A DNA stretch of 47,172 bases. It comes from a virus (Duplodnaviria; Caudoviricetes). The notes under the pieces were generated by a model that was not told the origin of the DNA, ran no database searches, and worked only from the letters and a program-made list of their open reading frames with translations. Both the position numbers and the translations under genes were made by a program. This document shows, piece after piece, positions 25,533 through 34,332 of the stretch; position 1 is the first letter of the stretch; the number at the start of each line of letters is the position of its first letter. Location of the stretch: the IMG/VR virus record IMGVR_UViG_3300020464_000007, positions 1 to 47,172 of that record; one strand, 5' to 3'.

Positions 25533-25885
25533 TGGCATTCAGATCCAAGCTCGAAGAGAAGGTTGCTGATCTGCTTGTCGATCTTGGTGTCAAGTACGAG
25601 TACGAAACAACTAAAGTCCGTTACATTATCCAGCATGTTTACACCCCTGACTTCGTGTTACCCAATGGTGTCGTGCTGGAATGTAAGGGCTACTGGGAAC
25701 CTGCTGACCGTCGTAAGATCAGGGCTGTAAAGGAGTTGAATCCTAACCTTGATTTGCGTATGGTCTTCCAGGCTCCGTTCAATAAGATCAGTAAGAAATC
25801 TAAAACTACATACGCTAAGTGGTGCGATAAGCATGACATCCCTTGGACATCATTCCAAAACATCCCCCTCGACTGGCTCCTCTGA
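25532..25885 (+). CDS. Endonuclease I / Holliday junction resolvase (gp3-like)
   Basis: FRSKLEE...YTPDFVLPNG..LECKG. Confidence 0.95.
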   Translation: MAFRSKLEEKVADLLVDLGVKYEYETTKVRYIIQHVYTPDFVLPNGVVLECKGYWEPADRRKIRAVKELNPNLDLRMVFQAPFNKISKKSKTTYAKWCDKHDIPWTSFQNIPLDWLL

Positions 25886-27449
25886 GTTTTTATTTCACGA
25901 GCCGTGTGAGGAGTGTGGGTCGTCAGATGCCAAGAGTGTCTATGACGACGGGCACACATATTGCTTCGTTTGCCATCACTACACGCACGGTGATGGCGAA
26001 CCTTCTTTACACATTCATCAAACCAAAAGTGTGCAAATAACAGGCTCAGCCCAAAGGCTGCAGAAGCGTAACCTCTCACAGAAAGTATGTGAGAAGTATA
26101 AAATCTACCGTGATGGTGATAAGCTCCGCTTTTACTATCATGACGAATCAGGCATCGTCAAAGGTGCCAAGGTAAAGACAAAGGGTAAATCATTCTCGTA
26201 TGAGGGTGAAGTGCCTGGTACATTCTTCGGACAGCATCTCTACCCTACTACTGGTAAACGTATCGTCATCTTTGAAGGCGAGATGGATGCAGCTAGTGGG
26301 TCTGAGTGTATGCCAGGGTGGCCGATGGTTTCTGTACCATCAGGTGCTGCTGGTGCAAAGAAGGCTGTACAGAAACAACTCCCACTGCTGCAAGGCTATG
26401 ACGAGATTGTGTTGTTTTATGACAATGATCAACCAGGTCGCCAAGCCGCTGAAGAGTGTGCTAGTGTACTACCACCTGGTAAGGTCAAGATTGCCCACCT
26501 CCAAGGCGACTACAAGGACGCATCAGACGCCCTCCAAGCCAATGACTCAGACGCTGTATGCCGAGCTATCTGGGACGCCAAGCCGTTCCGTCCTGATGGC
26601 ATTGTCGATGGCAAAACTCTTTTAGATCTTGTAACTACACCATCACCCGCTGCAGATCATGACTACCCATTTCAAGGATTACAATCAAAGCTACACGGGA
26701 TCAGATATGGAGAGCTTGTCACAATCACTGCAGGATCTGGTATCGGAAAATCCAGCTTCTGTCGTGAGCTTGCAACTCACCTTCTTGACAAGGGGGAGCG
26801 GGTCGGCTATCTGGCACTTGAAGAATCTAACCGTCGTACAGCCCTAGGCTTGATGAGCGCCCATGTTGGTAAGTCATTGCATTTAGGAGAACATACACAT
26901 GAGGATCTTGTTCAGGCGTTCGACGCTACGATGGCTAATTGGAACCTTTATTTGTTTGACGGTTTCGGCTCCTACGATCCTGATATTATCTATAATCGGA
27001 TTGAGTACCTGGCATCAGGTCTCGACTGTAGAATCATTTTCTTGGATCACCTCTCCATCCTCCTTTCTGGGCTTGACGGAGACGAACGACGGATGATTGA
27101 CACCACAATGACTAAGCTTAGGTCGCTCGTGGAGCGTACTGGCATAGCGTTGTTCTTGGTGTCTCACCTCAAACGTACATCATCGGATCAAAATCATGAA
27201 GAAGGAGCACGAGTTACGCTCGGACAATTGCGCGGATCTGCTGCAATCGCTCAACTCAGCGATGCGTGTATTGGATTGGAAAGAGATCAACAATCCAACA
27301 AAGCTGGAGGTTCTACGACTGTTAGAATCCTTAAAAATCGTTATTCGGGCGAAACTGGAGTAGCCTGTGAGCTGAGCTACGATCTACCTACCTGTAAATT
27401 CTATGAAACTCAACCAGAACCAGAGTTCAACGCAGCAACAGACTTCTGA
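25833..27449 (+). CDS. DNA primase-helicase (gp4-like); start uncertain
   Basis: Zn finger CEECGSSD...YCFVC, TOPRIM FEGEMD/YDND, Walker A AGSGIGKS, LDHL, LRGS. Confidence 0.96.
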   Translation: MTSLGHHSKTSPSTGSSEFLFHEPCEECGSSDAKSVYDDGHTYCFVCHHYTHGDGEPSLHIHQTKSVQITGSAQRLQKRNLSQKVCEKYKIYRDGDKLRFYYHDESGIVKGAKVKTKGKSFSYEGEVPGTFFGQHLYPTTGKRIVIFEGEMDAASGSECMPGWPMVSVPSGAAGAKKAVQKQLPLLQGYDEIVLFYDNDQPGRQAAEECASVLPPGKVKIAHLQGDYKDASDALQANDSDAVCRAIWDAKPFRPDGIVDGKTLLDLVTTPSPAADHDYPFQGLQSKLHGIRYGELVTITAGSGIGKSSFCRELATHLLDKGERVGYLALEESNRRTALGLMSAHVGKSLHLGEHTHEDLVQAFDATMANWNLYLFDGFGSYDPDIIYNRIEYLASGLDCRIIFLDHLSILLSGLDGDERRMIDTTMTKLRSLVERTGIALFLVSHLKRTSSDQNHEEGARVTLGQLRGSAAIAQLSDACIGLERDQQSNKAGGSTTVRILKNRYSGETGVACELSYDLPTCKFYETQPEPEFNAATDF

Positions 27450-27534
27450 ACTCAAACGACCCAATCCTCCTACCACCCAAGCTATTGAACGTGCACAATT
27501 CAAAGACAAAACGTTCAGATGGAATGGGAAGTGA
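27403..27534 (+). CDS. Small hypothetical protein, 43 aa (...LKRPNPPT...AQFKDKTFRW)
   Basis: Manual translation; GTGA-coupled to the polymerase exonuclease ORF. Confidence 0.45.
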   Translation: MKLNQNQSSTQQQTSELKRPNPPTTQAIERAQFKDKTFRWNGK

Positions 27535-28049
27535 GTCTAATCTTTGACATAGAAACAAACGGTCTATTGCATGATGTTAGTACCATCCACTGCCTTGCTA
27601 TCCACGATCTCTCGACTGATCAGACGCTTGCGTACAATGACACGGGGTCCAGTGAGCCGATATCAAGAGGCTTGCAAAGACTACAGGACGCGGACAGGAT
27701 TATTGGTCACAACATTATTGGTTACGACATACCTGTTATTCGCAAACTTTACCCTTGGTTTGGTAAGCCTGCTTATATGGTTGATACTCTACTGCTTAGC
27801 AGACTCTACCACCCCGACATGATCAACCTGGACAAGAACCGTACCTGGGATGGCATGCCTCTCAAGTTGTACGGTAAACACTCACTTGAATCCTACGGCT
27901 ACAGATTAGATGAACGGAAAGGTGACTACGGTTCCACTTCTGATTGGACGGAATGGTCCCAAGAAATGGAAGATTATTGCATACAAGACGTTCACGTTAC
28001 CACCAAACTATGGAAACATTTCCAGCCCTACCTGAATGGGTCGCGCTAG
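27531..28049 (+). CDS. DNA polymerase A, 3'-5' exonuclease part
   Basis: ExoI FDIETNG, ExoII GHNIIGYD, ExoIII YCIQDV. Confidence 0.93.
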   Translation: MSLIFDIETNGLLHDVSTIHCLAIHDLSTDQTLAYNDTGSSEPISRGLQRLQDADRIIGHNIIGYDIPVIRKLYPWFGKPAYMVDTLLLSRLYHPDMINLDKNRTWDGMPLKLYGKHSLESYGYRLDERKGDYGSTSDWTEWSQEMEDYCIQDVHVTTKLWKHFQPYLNGSR

Positions 28050-29281
28050 AACACGAAGTACAACAAATCCTAACCGAACAAGAAATTCATGGATGGGCTT
28101 TTGACGAGAACGCTGCATGGGAACTTGCATCTTCTCTCACCAGAGAACTTAGAGAAACTGAAGAGCTACTACGAAACAGGCATCCTTTCGTCCGAGGATC
28201 GGAATTCACTCCTAAACGAGATAACCGCACGCAAGGATATGTCAAGGGTGCACCCTTTACTCGACTGAAAGAACTCAATACATCCTCTCGCGACCATATA
28301 TCATGGATCTTGCAACAATTCTATGGCTGGATTCCAAGCCAGAAGACGACTACTGGGAAACCTGTTATCGACGAGGTGATCTTGAAGGAGATGAACTCGG
28401 AAGTAGCGACGATGTTCCTGCGGATTTTGACGATAACGAAGATGCTTGGAATGATCAGCGAAGGCGCGAACGCCTGGCTGAAGTTGAGTACGATTGCTAA
28501 GCGTATTCACCATCATTGCAGTGTAGCAACTAACACTCATCGTTGCGCCCACCGTAACCCCAACCTCGGACAAGTTCCATCAGATGAAAGATTTAGAAAG
28601 CTCTTCATACCAAGTCCGGGTCTACATATGGTCGGCGCTGATCTTAGCGGCATCGAGCTTCGTATGCTCGCTCATTATCTTGCGAGGTATGACGGAGGAA
28701 GATACGCGAAACTTCTACTTGAGGATGACATCCACCAGATCAACGCTGACAAAATCGGCATCTCAAGGCGACAAGTAAAAACCGTCACGTACGCATTTTT
28801 GTACGGTGCCGGTGACGAAAAAATCGGACACTCTTATGACCAACAGCTATCAACCAATGCTGCAAAAAAGAAAGGCAAAGAGATTCGTGCCGCGTATGTT
28901 GACGCGGTTGATGGATTGGATGACCTACTCAAAGCTATTAAACAAGCTGCAGAAAGAGGGTTCATCAAGTCTATCGATGGCAGAAAAATTAAAGTTGACT
29001 CGCCTCACAAAGCCCTGAACTACTGCTTGCAGTCAGGTGCCGGTGTCATCGCGAAGCGGTGGATGGTGATCAACCAGGAAACAATGAGAGAAGCAAAGAT
29101 CTGCGCCTCTCAATTAGGATTTATTCATGACGAGCTACAGTTCGAGTGTGCCCCTGAGCACATCGGAGACCTATCTACATCCCTGGTATATAGCGCTACA
29201 GCGGCTGGGGAATACTACAACATGCGCATCCGCATCGACGCGGAAGCAACACACGGAAACAACTGGAGTGAAACCCATTAA
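28010..29281 (+). CDS. DNA polymerase A, polymerase part (-1 frame relative to the exonuclease part)
   Basis: Motif A ADLSGIELR, motif B KTVTYAFLYG, motif C IHDE; in-frame ATG at 28010. Confidence 0.93.
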   Translation: METFPALPEWVALEHEVQQILTEQEIHGWAFDENAAWELASSLTRELRETEELLRNRHPFVRGSEFTPKRDNRTQGYVKGAPFTRLKELNTSSRDHISWILQQFYGWIPSQKTTTGKPVIDEVILKEMNSEVATMFLRILTITKMLGMISEGANAWLKLSTIAKRIHHHCSVATNTHRCAHRNPNLGQVPSDERFRKLFIPSPGLHMVGADLSGIELRMLAHYLARYDGGRYAKLLLEDDIHQINADKIGISRRQVKTVTYAFLYGAGDEKIGHSYDQQLSTNAAKKKGKEIRAAYVDAVDGLDDLLKAIKQAAERGFIKSIDGRKIKVDSPHKALNYCLQSGAGVIAKRWMVINQETMREAKICASQLGFIHDELQFECAPEHIGDLSTSLVYSATAAGEYYNMRIRIDAEATHGNNWSETH

Positions 29282-29400
29282 TGTACAGCAAGAAAAATAA
29301 GACTGAGATCAAATCAGTCGCAAAGAAAACCCGACAAGGACAAGGACGCAACTCCAAGCCCAAGGGTGATAAGAAAGCCTACCGAGGACAAGGCAGGTGA
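29281..29400 (+). CDS. Basic micro-protein, 39 aa (...KKTRQGQG...KKAYRGQGR)
   Basis: TAATG and GTGA coupling on both sides. Confidence 0.7.
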   Translation: MYSKKNKTEIKSVAKKTRQGQGRNSKPKGDKKAYRGQGR

Positions 29401-30182
29401 AGTTACTTGTAGACGCCGATTACGTGGTCTACAAATGCTGTGCTGCTGCCGAAACAGAAATTGATTGGGGTGATGATGTAATTCTAGTCACAAGTAAATT
29501 TAGTGAAGCCTATGCTGCTGTTAAGCGTGAGCTTCTCAAGATCATTAACAACTTTCTTTGGGATGTACCTGAACTAATTCTGTTTTTTAGCGATAGTGTA
29601 AACTTTCGTAAATCTATCCAGCCCGCATACAAAGGGCATCGAAATCGTAAGAAACCTTGCGGTTACAAGCGTGTAATTAACCAACTCAAGACTGAGTACA
29701 AAGTTATTATCATGCCAACACTTGAGGCAGACGATGCCTTAGGTATTTATGCTACACAAAATAAAGGTAAGTGCTGCATCTGCTCACCGGACAAGGATAT
29801 GCGCCAAATCCCAGGACGCCTCTTTGACATGTCAGAAATGATGAATGTGGAAGACGGGGAAGGAGAGAAGTGGCACCTTGTACAAACATTAGCAGGAGAC
29901 CAAACAGATGGCTACGCAGGTTGTCCCGGTATTGGTGTTAAACGTGCAATCACCCTCTTTGAAGAGAAGGGGTATTCTTGGAAGACTGTCGTTGAAGCGT
30001 TTGCTGAGAAAGATCTTTCCGAAGATGTCGCACTGGAAAATGCAAGACTCGCAAAGATCCTTACAGCATCCGACTATGACTTCAACAACAAACGACCAAT
30101 TCTTTGGTCCCCCACCGCCGATTATCGAATTGACGATGGAGCAGGATCTAAAGATGAGAAGGCTGACAGACATGCTACCTGA
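29397..30182 (+). CDS. 5'-3' exonuclease (gp6-like)
   Basis: LLVDAD, YKGHR, LEADD, SPDKD, GDQTDGYAGCPGIG. Confidence 0.95.
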   Translation: MKLLVDADYVVYKCCAAAETEIDWGDDVILVTSKFSEAYAAVKRELLKIINNFLWDVPELILFFSDSVNFRKSIQPAYKGHRNRKKPCGYKRVINQLKTEYKVIIMPTLEADDALGIYATQNKGKCCICSPDKDMRQIPGRLFDMSEMMNVEDGEGEKWHLVQTLAGDQTDGYAGCPGIGVKRAITLFEEKGYSWKTVVEAFAEKDLSEDVALENARLAKILTASDYDFNNKRPILWSPTADYRIDDGAGSKDEKADRHAT

Positions 30183-30312
30183 TGCTGATAAAGAAGACAT
30201 CATTACCGTCTTCATGGCATTACAAAAACAAAATTTTGTCCTATCCAATACCGTTAGTAATTTAGTTAAAAAATGGCCGAGTCACCTTCCCATTACACAC
30301 GAGGAGCCATAG
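30076..30312 (+). CDS. nblA: NblA-like phycobilisome degradation adaptor
   Basis: ELTMEQDLKMR...DKEDIITVFMALQKQNFVLSNTVSNLVKKW fits the NblA pattern (LS/TLEQ.F......L..Q.....N....L.K.W); overlaps the exonuclease out of frame. Confidence 0.7.
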   Translation: MTSTTNDQFFGPPPPIIELTMEQDLKMRRLTDMLPDADKEDIITVFMALQKQNFVLSNTVSNLVKKWPSHLPITHEEP

Positions 30313-30572
30313 AAGTCTGGGACTTTATTAGAGACCAGCAACTTAACTACCACCTTGGTAATGCTATTAAATATGTTTGCCGAGCCGGTTTCAAAGGTGA
30401 TAATACCAAGGCTCAGGACCTTAAAAAGGCTATCCACTACCTTGAAAATGAACTCAAACACACAACACTGCAAGAATCAAAGCCTCAGCGATCAAGCCAT
30501 ACACTTCCGAACATCCTATGGGATCCAGAACTCATCGGAGAACCGGACTATGCAACTGACTTTGATCGATGA
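30273..30572 (+). CDS. DUF3310 / T7 gp1.7-like nucleotide kinase domain protein
   Basis: PSHY..G.IE..DFI...GNAIKY..RAG.K....DLKKA..YL. Confidence 0.85.
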   Translation: MAESPSHYTRGAIEVWDFIRDQQLNYHLGNAIKYVCRAGFKGDNTKAQDLKKAIHYLENELKHTTLQESKPQRSSHTLPNILWDPELIGEPDYATDFDR

Positions 30573-30831
30573 AGAGTATAAAGAATTCCGTACTGCATTC
30601 TACAATGAACCGTACGAAAGCGAATTGAAAGAGCTTGCAGATCTTGTGTATGTTTGCTTTCAATATGCTGAGAATATGGAGTGGGATCTAGAGGAAGCCC
30701 TAGATCGTGTCCACAAAAGCAACATGTCTAAGCTAGGCTTGGACGGTACACCTATCCGTCGTGCTGATGGAAAAGTCCTAAAAGGACCAAACTACAAACC
30801 ACCTATTTTGAACGATCTAGTAAACCCATGA
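30448..30831 (+). CDS. MazG-like NTP pyrophosphohydrolase
   Basis: EEYKEF...KELADLVYV...VHKSNMSK...DGKVLKGPNY. Confidence 0.85.
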   Translation: MNSNTQHCKNQSLSDQAIHFRTSYGIQNSSENRTMQLTLIDEEYKEFRTAFYNEPYESELKELADLVYVCFQYAENMEWDLEEALDRVHKSNMSKLGLDGTPIRRADGKVLKGPNYKPPILNDLVNP

Positions 30832-32204
30832 CCGCAACTTATATCTCTCGCACGGGACGTGTCCAATCTTGGATCGATGACCCAACGTCCCGCCTACCGG
30901 TTTCGTGCACCGTGTTCGTTGTTGAAGACTCAATCACAGGAGACAATGGAATTGAAGCATCCTGGAAATTTGTATCACATGCTCTACGATATGGAGCAGG
31001 CTGCGCGGTACACCTGTCGAAACTGCGACCCAAAGGAACAGAAAATGACAAAGGGCTGGTTGCATCTGGACCGGTATCCTTTGCCAAAATCTATTCAACA
31101 CTAAATGAAATCCTCCGTCGCGGCGGGGTGTACAAAAACGGAGCTGTGGTGTGTCATCTCGACCTTAGCCACCCTGATGCTCTTGAATTTATTACTACTC
31201 CTCGATCCGAACTACCGTGGGTTAAACGATGCATCAACATCACCGATGAGTGGTGGCAGGGGTGTACGTTTAAGGAGGAACTCCTCTTCGGTATCAAATC
31301 AGGTGACATTTGGCTCAACAAAGTAAAATACGACAATGAAGGAAAGCGAATCCGCGGAAACGTCTGTCTTGAAGTTTACCTGCCCTCACGAGGTACATGC
31401 CTACTCCAACATGTCAATCTCGGTGCCTGTGAATTCGACGACATCCCTAATGCTTTCTTTGAGGGTATGTCCCAGTTGTGCGAACTCCATGGTAAGACAG
31501 GTGTTGGGGAAAGCGGAGAGTACCTCCCAAGCGAAACTGACCGACAAGTGGGGCTCGGCATCCTCGGACTCGCTAACCTACTTCGTCGCTACGGAGTAAC
31601 GTATGACCAATTTGGCCGTGCGTTGGAACAATTCAACAAAGGAGAATCAGTACGGTCTGCAGCCTATGAACTTGTCACCCAAATTAACACTGGCATTGAG
31701 CTTGCAGCCAGCGTTGCTCGCAACAATAAAATGGTTCGAGCCTTTGCTATTGCGCCCACTGCCTCCTGCAGTTATCGAAGCACAGATCTGGATGGCTATA
31801 CTTGCACACCAGAAATCGCTCCGCCTATCTCGCAGACAGTCGATCGTGACTCAGGTACTTTCGGAGTACAGACATACAACTATGGTGATGTAGAGATCGC
31901 CAGTAAAGTAGGCTGGGAAGCTTACAAACGTGTTGCAGATGGCATCATGACTCTACTTAATAAGACTGGACTTCTACATGGTTACAGCTTCAACTCGTGG
32001 TCTGATATGATTACGTATGATGAAGAGTTTATCCAGGAGTGGCTTGAATCGCCCCAGACTTCTCTTTATTATAGTCTTCAAGTTATGGGCGACGTTCAAG
32101 ATAAGTCAAGCGCGTATGCTGCTCTCGAAGAGAGTGAAGTCGATGATTATCTGAACAGCCTGCTTGAGGACACCCCTGAACCTCAATGTGATTGTGCAGA
32201 ATGA
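30828..32204 (+). CDS. nrdA: Ribonucleotide reductase class I alpha subunit (minimal, no ATP cone)
   Basis: GNVCLE (NxCxE), IAPTASCS, SLYY tyrosine pair, C-terminal CDC. Confidence 0.88.
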   Translation: MTATYISRTGRVQSWIDDPTSRLPVSCTVFVVEDSITGDNGIEASWKFVSHALRYGAGCAVHLSKLRPKGTENDKGLVASGPVSFAKIYSTLNEILRRGGVYKNGAVVCHLDLSHPDALEFITTPRSELPWVKRCINITDEWWQGCTFKEELLFGIKSGDIWLNKVKYDNEGKRIRGNVCLEVYLPSRGTCLLQHVNLGACEFDDIPNAFFEGMSQLCELHGKTGVGESGEYLPSETDRQVGLGILGLANLLRRYGVTYDQFGRALEQFNKGESVRSAAYELVTQINTGIELAASVARNNKMVRAFAIAPTASCSYRSTDLDGYTCTPEIAPPISQTVDRDSGTFGVQTYNYGDVEIASKVGWEAYKRVADGIMTLLNKTGLLHGYSFNSWSDMITYDEEFIQEWLESPQTSLYYSLQVMGDVQDKSSAYAALEESEVDDYLNSLLEDTPEPQCDCAE

Positions 32205-32917
32205 ACCCTTATCAAAAACTAATAGCGCGGAAGCGCAAGTGGACTCCAGTCCAAACAACAGCAGGCGAATGCAAAGTGGGAGCCGAAGAGGCAATCCACC
32301 GCGCACTCGCCATGCGTCATATGGAACTTCCCGTTGGAGACTTCATCAGTGATGCCCTCAATTCTGAAGTACCAAAAAATGCACGGGAACTACTCCACTC
32401 CAACGTTCTCGACGAAGAGAATCACGACATCGCACTTGGTTACATCGCCAATGCTTACGGCGTTGATGAAAAAGTTGAGAAAGAAGCCCTTAGGCTTAAA
32501 ACCGCTTGGGAGGCACATCCAGATCACACGATCACCAAAGCGTTGGTTGCCGAACGTGCAATCTTCTTCGTTCTTCTACCATTCTTTCGCTTTAATGGTG
32601 ACGCTGGCATGAGAACCGTTTCAGCCGATATCAGTCGAGATGAGCAAATTCACGTGGCTACCAATAGTCTGGTTCATACTGAGCTGGGGTATAACATCAG
32701 TCCTTCTCTTGATAAACTCAGGAAGGCAACTATCAATTGGGTAATGCAACCACTAGGTATTAATACTACCGATAAATATTTGGACAAAAAATTTTGGCTG
32801 GATTCTAGCGACCGGCTAATGTATGAGGGCAAAGCCCCAGAATTGTCCGCAACTAAATCTGCTAGAATGCCGGCGTTCTTCGAGCATAGTAATGTCAACC
32901 TCCCCCAATATGCCTGA
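32201..32917 (+). CDS. nrdB: Ribonucleotide reductase class I beta subunit (ferritin-like)
   Basis: DEENH and RDEQIH metal motifs; C-terminal Tyr; ATGA-coupled to alpha. Confidence 0.8.
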   Translation: MNPYQKLIARKRKWTPVQTTAGECKVGAEEAIHRALAMRHMELPVGDFISDALNSEVPKNARELLHSNVLDEENHDIALGYIANAYGVDEKVEKEALRLKTAWEAHPDHTITKALVAERAIFFVLLPFFRFNGDAGMRTVSADISRDEQIHVATNSLVHTELGYNISPSLDKLRKATINWVMQPLGINTTDKYLDKKFWLDSSDRLMYEGKAPELSATKSARMPAFFEHSNVNLPQYA

Positions 32918-33089
32918 CCTTAATCTTCTAGATGTCAGAGGCATGACAGCGAATGCCATGCTTGCTAAGCTAGAAGAATCATTTCCACCCATCAACCCTA
33001 CACCAGAAGATTCAATGGAAAAAATTATGTACCGATCTGGTCAACGTAGTGTCGTTGAGTGGGTCATCCAGTATATGGAGGAAAATTAA
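32892..33089 (+). CDS. Conserved small protein (T7 gp6.5-like position)
   Basis: LEESFPP...IMYRSGQRSVVEW. Confidence 0.7.
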   Translation: MSTSPNMPDLNLLDVRGMTANAMLAKLEESFPPINPTPEDSMEKIMYRSGQRSVVEWVIQYMEEN

Positions 33090-33878
33090 ATGAGCCATTT
33101 AGTGGAAAGATACCGACAGGATATGAGCATTCGGGGCATCGGCAAGAAGGATATAAGGCGGTTAGATAAAGAATACGGAGAGGGTAATTGGAACGTTACT
33201 GGAGGTAAGGGTTATGCTGCCAGTGGTACTGTTAAACAGTATGGCAGACGGTGGGACGGTTACAGAAACGCAACTGTTTACCACCAGCTGCCTGAAGTTC
33301 AAAAAGAACAAACTACTGAAGAGCCGGTGCAAGAGCCGGAAGTTGTAGAAGAAACTCCTCCTACATTTACAGCGACAGTGTTGGACACTGGTGAATCTAG
33401 TAACCCTGCTCTTTTTATTAACCGCTTTGGTGGTAACACAGAGACCATGGCGCACAGTGGTCTGAAGGCTGTGAAAGCTGCAGAAGCTGCTGGTCTAAGC
33501 ATTGGTGAAATTCAACGGATGGCGGCAGCGCAAGGTGTGCAGTTTGGTATTGGAGCGCAAGAATACTTTAAGGAGAAGCAAGGACCAAGTCCTCAAGACA
33601 TGTTTGCAACTCAAATTGCATCCATGCAAGAGATGTTCCAACAAAGTATGCAGCAGCAACAAACGCAGTACATGCAAATGCAGCAAGCTCAAGAAGAGCG
33701 GATGGCAGCGTTGCAGCAGCAGATGCAGCAAGCGATGGTTGCTCAGCAAACAAGACCTGAAGTGGCTGGTGTCAAGATGGCTCAAGGTTCCGCTGGTACC
33801 CCCATGCAAATTGCCCGGCGCGGTGTAACTGGTGCATTTGGTCGTCGTGGTATGCGTATCTCTGCTCTTAACGTGTAA
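33090..33878 (+). CDS. Gln-rich hypothetical virion protein (paralog A)
   Basis: GGAGG RBS; shares a ~55-aa domain with the next gene. Confidence 0.75.
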   Translation: MSHLVERYRQDMSIRGIGKKDIRRLDKEYGEGNWNVTGGKGYAASGTVKQYGRRWDGYRNATVYHQLPEVQKEQTTEEPVQEPEVVEETPPTFTATVLDTGESSNPALFINRFGGNTETMAHSGLKAVKAAEAAGLSIGEIQRMAAAQGVQFGIGAQEYFKEKQGPSPQDMFATQIASMQEMFQQSMQQQQTQYMQMQQAQEERMAALQQQMQQAMVAQQTRPEVAGVKMAQGSAGTPMQIARRGVTGAFGRRGMRISALNV

Positions 33879-33881
33879 GTC

Positions 33882-34328
33882 ATGGCTAATTTTATTGAAC
33901 TTTATGGTGGTAACAAAAACACCATGGCTCACAGCGGTCTAAAAGCTGTACGAGCCGCAGAAGCCGCTGGACTGAGTATTGGTCAGATCCAACAAATGGC
34001 TGCAAGTCAGGGTATTAGCTTTGGCTCTGGAGCCCAAGATTATTTCCGTCAAAAAGAAAAGCAGCAGTTTACAAATCAAATTGCAACTCTAACAAATACG
34101 TTTCAACAACAGATGCAGCAGCAGCAAGCTCAGTTTGCTGAGGCACAACGTAGGCAGCAAGAGAGGTTGCAGCAAATCCAACAGCAAGCTTTGGAAGCTC
34201 AGACTCGACAAGCTGCACCAGAAAAAACTGCTCAGGTATTAGGTGGTGGTAAGTCAATGATTATCCGTCCTGGGCAAAGGACTAGGTTTAGTCGCCCTGA
34301 GCTACAAATTAAATCAATGAACATCTAA
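33882..34328 (+). CDS. Gln-rich hypothetical virion protein (paralog B)
   Basis: GGN..TMAHSGLKAV.AAEAAGLSIG.IQ.MAA.QG domain. Confidence 0.75.
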   Translation: MANFIELYGGNKNTMAHSGLKAVRAAEAAGLSIGQIQQMAASQGISFGSGAQDYFRQKEKQQFTNQIATLTNTFQQQMQQQQAQFAEAQRRQQERLQQIQQQALEAQTRQAAPEKTAQVLGGGKSMIIRPGQRTRFSRPELQIKSMNI

Positions 34329-34332
34329 AACA

